Shown: piece by piece, positions 34,511 to 36,764 of the stretch
Position numbering within the stretch: the stretch's first letter is position 1
Layout: the number at the start of each line of letters is the position of its first letter
From: a virus
Taxonomy: Duplodnaviria; Caudoviricetes
Virus record (IMG/VR): IMGVR_UViG_3300032136_000011
Span: 1-36,764 of that record
Reading direction: 5' to 3' (one strand)
DNA length: 36,764 bases
Made by a program: the position numbers and the translations under genes
Notes under the pieces: generated by a model
Seen by the model: only the letters and a program-made list of their open reading frames with translations
What the model was told of the DNA's origin: nothing
Database searches by the model: none

Positions 34511-35221
34511 TTATCTACTAAAAAAAGTCTCTCTAGTTGTACGAGTATAATCGTCCTCGTCTACATTACCGTCTTTATTACTATCGTATTGGATAATATA
34601 TCTCTTCCTAGCATCGGCTCGCTTCTCGCTATAATCTACTAGCTTCTCGTTAAATGCTTCTGCGTTAGAGTTTTTAATATCCTGATAAATTAGAAGTAGT
34701 ACCTCGTAAATGGCCCACTGATCTAATTTATCACCTATTAACTGAGTCTTCTCTATCTGCGTACCGTCTGGATTAATTATGCCATTACGGTACATATAAT
34801 CCAGCATTTCTTTCTGCGCTAGGCGATGCATATATTTAAAGCTATTTCGCCCTGCGGGGATATATCTTTTTAACTCTGGCTCCCTAGCGAAAATCTGCTC
34901 GTCGCTAGAAAATAGAGCGTCTTCTGCTGCTGTAATAGCGGATACGCTATAATCTTTAGTCTCGCTACCATTGGCCAAGGTTACTACCTCTACTCGGACG
35001 GTATAGTCGCCTGCTGTAGAGTAGGCCCAGTCTAGATACCAGTCTTCGGGGCAGTTAGCTACGTATACGTCCAGTACGGTAGCTGGAGTACCTACGAAAT
35101 CAGGGTAGATATTGATATCAGTAATCTCTACTCCCTCTACTGCGAATACCCTAGAAGCGTCGAAGCGTATTTTATCCGCCTCCTGTACTATTGAGTCTAA
35201 TATTAGATTAGGAAAAATCAT
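34511..35221 (-). CDS. Head-tail adaptor-like protein with an N-terminal Ig/PKD-like domain
   Basis: WAYSTAGDYTVRVEV PKD-like motif; helical C-half; likely start MIFPNL at 35221 (ATGA overlap). Confidence 0.55.
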   Translation of the reverse strand: MIFPNLILDSIVQEADKIRFDASRVFAVEGVEITDINIYPDFVGTPATVLDVYVANCPEDWYLDWAYSTAGDYTVRVEVVTLANGSETKDYSVSAITAAEDALFSSDEQIFAREPELKRYIPAGRNSFKYMHRLAQKEMLDYMYRNGIINPDGTQIEKTQLIGDKLDQWAIYEVLLLIYQDIKNSNAEAFNEKLVDYSEKRADARKRYIIQYDSNKDGNVDEDDYTRTTRETFFSR

Positions 35222-35430
35222 TTCTTTACCTCCACAGGCCAAAACCAATGCCCTATTAGTATCCCCATAACTAGGGGGGCGGCTGGGGAGTAGTAGGAAA
35301 ATGCTGTAATCTCTACCGATATAGTTTTATAGTCGAAAAAGAAAGCTATTACGTCCCAGATTAGCCAGATTAAGGCAGTAGCTAATAATAAAAATCCTGA
35401 TATTGATACTTTTCTGTACTTTAACTCCAT
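35218..35430 (-). CDS. Two-TM membrane protein (holin candidate)
   Basis: Two hydrophobic helices, GILIGHWFWP end. Confidence 0.55.
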   Translation of the reverse strand: MELKYRKVSISGFLLLATALIWLIWDVIAFFFDYKTISVEITAFSYYSPAAPLVMGILIGHWFWPVEVKK

Positions 35431-35432
35431 AT

Positions 35433-35834
35433 TTAACCCTCGTCTCGTATCTCATGTAATATAAAATTTACTCCGAACTCCTGGTCGAAATTTTCTGAGT
35501 TTTTAACTAATGCTTTTACTGTTATCCCCTGTGGGAGTCTCGAAGCGTACTGGGCTTCTCTTTCGTAGATAACTTTCCCCATACATACGTCGAAGCCGTA
35601 CTGTTCTACCCAGACTCCAGGCTGTAGAGGACTCTCTACCCCCATGTCCGTCTGGCTTAGAACGTCCTGAAAGATTTCTAGCCCTTGTAAATATGCTTCC
35701 GTATACGGTATCTGCATCTCGAAGCTATGCTCCCCGTTAGCTGGTACTACGGCCCGCATACCATGTATTTTTAAATAAAGGACTTTATCGTCGTCCGTTA
35801 GGTTATTAGAAAATGGAGTACTCTGAGAGCGCAT
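35433..35834 (-). CDS. Beta-sandwich virion-associated protein
   Basis: 133 aa; LPQGITVKALVKNS...FGVNFILHE ending resembles its neighbours. Confidence 0.55.
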   Translation of the reverse strand: MRSQSTPFSNNLTDDDKVLYLKIHGMRAVVPANGEHSFEMQIPYTEAYLQGLEIFQDVLSQTDMGVESPLQPGVWVEQYGFDVCMGKVIYEREAQYASRLPQGITVKALVKNSENFDQEFGVNFILHEIRDEG

Positions 35835-35836
35835 AA

Positions 35837-36349
35837 TTATCCTACCTGTATAATCGAAGCTATATACTTTTTACTCTGCCCTGGGGCCGATCTAGCCTGT
35901 ACTTTAATCGAAGTCTCCGATTTAATCGGAAAATTAGGAGTAAAGTAGAAGACTTTTAAATTATCGTTCCAAGCTATATATAGAGGAGGCTGCGAAGCCG
36001 CATCTAAATTAGAAATTTCTTTAAATGCTTCTATGTTAATATCGAAAATCTCTACCCCGTCTATCTCCAGCCTAATAAAGACTTTTTTATCGCTAACCTG
36101 TATAGCGAAGCCCGATACCGTTTTTACTCCAGAAGCTACGTATATATCGTAGTTAGTAACGTCGCTTAAAGTAATATCCTGCCCAGACTCCTGTATAATA
36201 CCTAACTCGGTACTGATAGAAGTCTCAGAGTCAACTAGTAGCCTTCTCGCCCCGTCGCCCTTTAATATTACGTCGGCTTCGTAGGCTTCGTCCCCTCCAG
36301 TGATACGGATAGGGCTAGAAGCTTGGATATCTGTTAAATCTGTGGCCAT
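35837..36349 (-). CDS. Beta-sandwich virion-associated protein
   Basis: 170 aa, MATD start like the junction gene, beta-rich C-domain. Confidence 0.6.
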   Translation of the reverse strand: MATDLTDIQASSPIRITGGDEAYEADVILKGDGARRLLVDSETSISTELGIIQESGQDITLSDVTNYDIYVASGVKTVSGFAIQVSDKKVFIRLEIDGVEIFDINIEAFKEISNLDAASQPPLYIAWNDNLKVFYFTPNFPIKSETSIKVQARSAPGQSKKYIASIIQVG

Positions 36350-36361
36350 TAACCTTCCCTA

Positions 36362-36764
36362 TTAAATCTCTAAGCCCTGTACCTGGCTATAAAGCGACTG
36401 TGGCTGGTTATCTAAGTTAGTCTTAGTAACTCTAACGATAACTCCCGTCGCTACTTTCTTTTTATAAATTAGCTCAATATTAGGCTTAGCTGTAGAGTTA
36501 AATCCTACTGCTGCTGTGGTAAATACTCCCGAAGCTGCGGCCGTTTCGATTAGTAGCTCGAAGCGGGCTTTACCGCTAGCGGAGCAGGGTACTTCAATAT
36601 CTTTTAAATCTTTACCTGCTGATACTGTGTAATCATGATTAGCAGAAGCATTTTTAACGATAGCGTCTGCATCGTCGAAGTCGTCTATCTCATCTCCTGG
36701 GCTTTCAGCAGCATAGGTAGGAAGTGGGTTATTTTCTGTATACTCATTTCCGCTAAAATCGGAT
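36362..36764 (-). CDS. 3' part of the 184-aa junction-spanning protein (...YTVSAGKDLKDIEV...SQVQGLEI)
   Basis: Open frame continuing from 1-279 to TAA at 36362-36364. Confidence 0.85.
   Translation of the reverse strand, partial: SDFSGNEYTENNPLPTYAAESPGDEIDDFDDADAIVKNASANHDYTVSAGKDLKDIEVPCSASGKARFELLIETAAASGVFTTAAVGFNSTAKPNIELIYKKKVATGVIVRVTKTNLDNQPQSLYSQVQGLEI
36638..36764. repeat. Second copy of the 127-bp terminal overlap
   Basis: Identical to 1-127. Confidence 0.95.

Noticed and set aside
1-36637. Stop-codon reassignment suggested by frequent TAG
   Set aside because: Genes are intact and densely packed under the standard code; TAG ends genes right at the next gene's RBS

Overview
The window is an apparently complete, circularly assembled tailed-phage genome of 36,637 bp. 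Bases 1-127 are repeated exactly at 36638-36764, and one gene runs across the join. It looks like a virulent siphovirus-type phage: I found no integrase, repressor, tail sheath or tRNA. The minus strand carries one long packaging, head, tail and lysis arm: terS, terL, portal, two paralogous morphogenesis genes, scaffold, major capsid, a cluster of beta-rich small proteins, adaptor, tail terminator, tail tube, a -1 frameshifted chaperone pair, tape measure, tail fibres, lysis genes, a large tail protein, an M15 endolysin and a metallophosphoesterase. The plus strand carries a replication arm: SF3/D5-like helicase, divergent family A polymerase, C5-cytosine methyltransferase, zincin, SSB, PD-(D/E)xK nuclease, SNF2-like helicase and RusA. 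A palindrome-rich non-coding control region lies at about 9090-9740. The most striking candidate system is an 811-aa tail-fibre-like protein and its adjacent 188-aa chaperone-like partner. Both begin with classical cleavable Sec signal peptides ending in AEA and both carry even numbers of cysteines, which suggests an exported, disulfide-bonded fibre module. The host may be a Bdellovibrionota predator (inference). A second candidate is a pair of small genes with foreign base composition, bounded by a repeated 24-bp palindrome, resembling mobile gene cassettes. All annotations come from motif recognition by eye; no searches were run.
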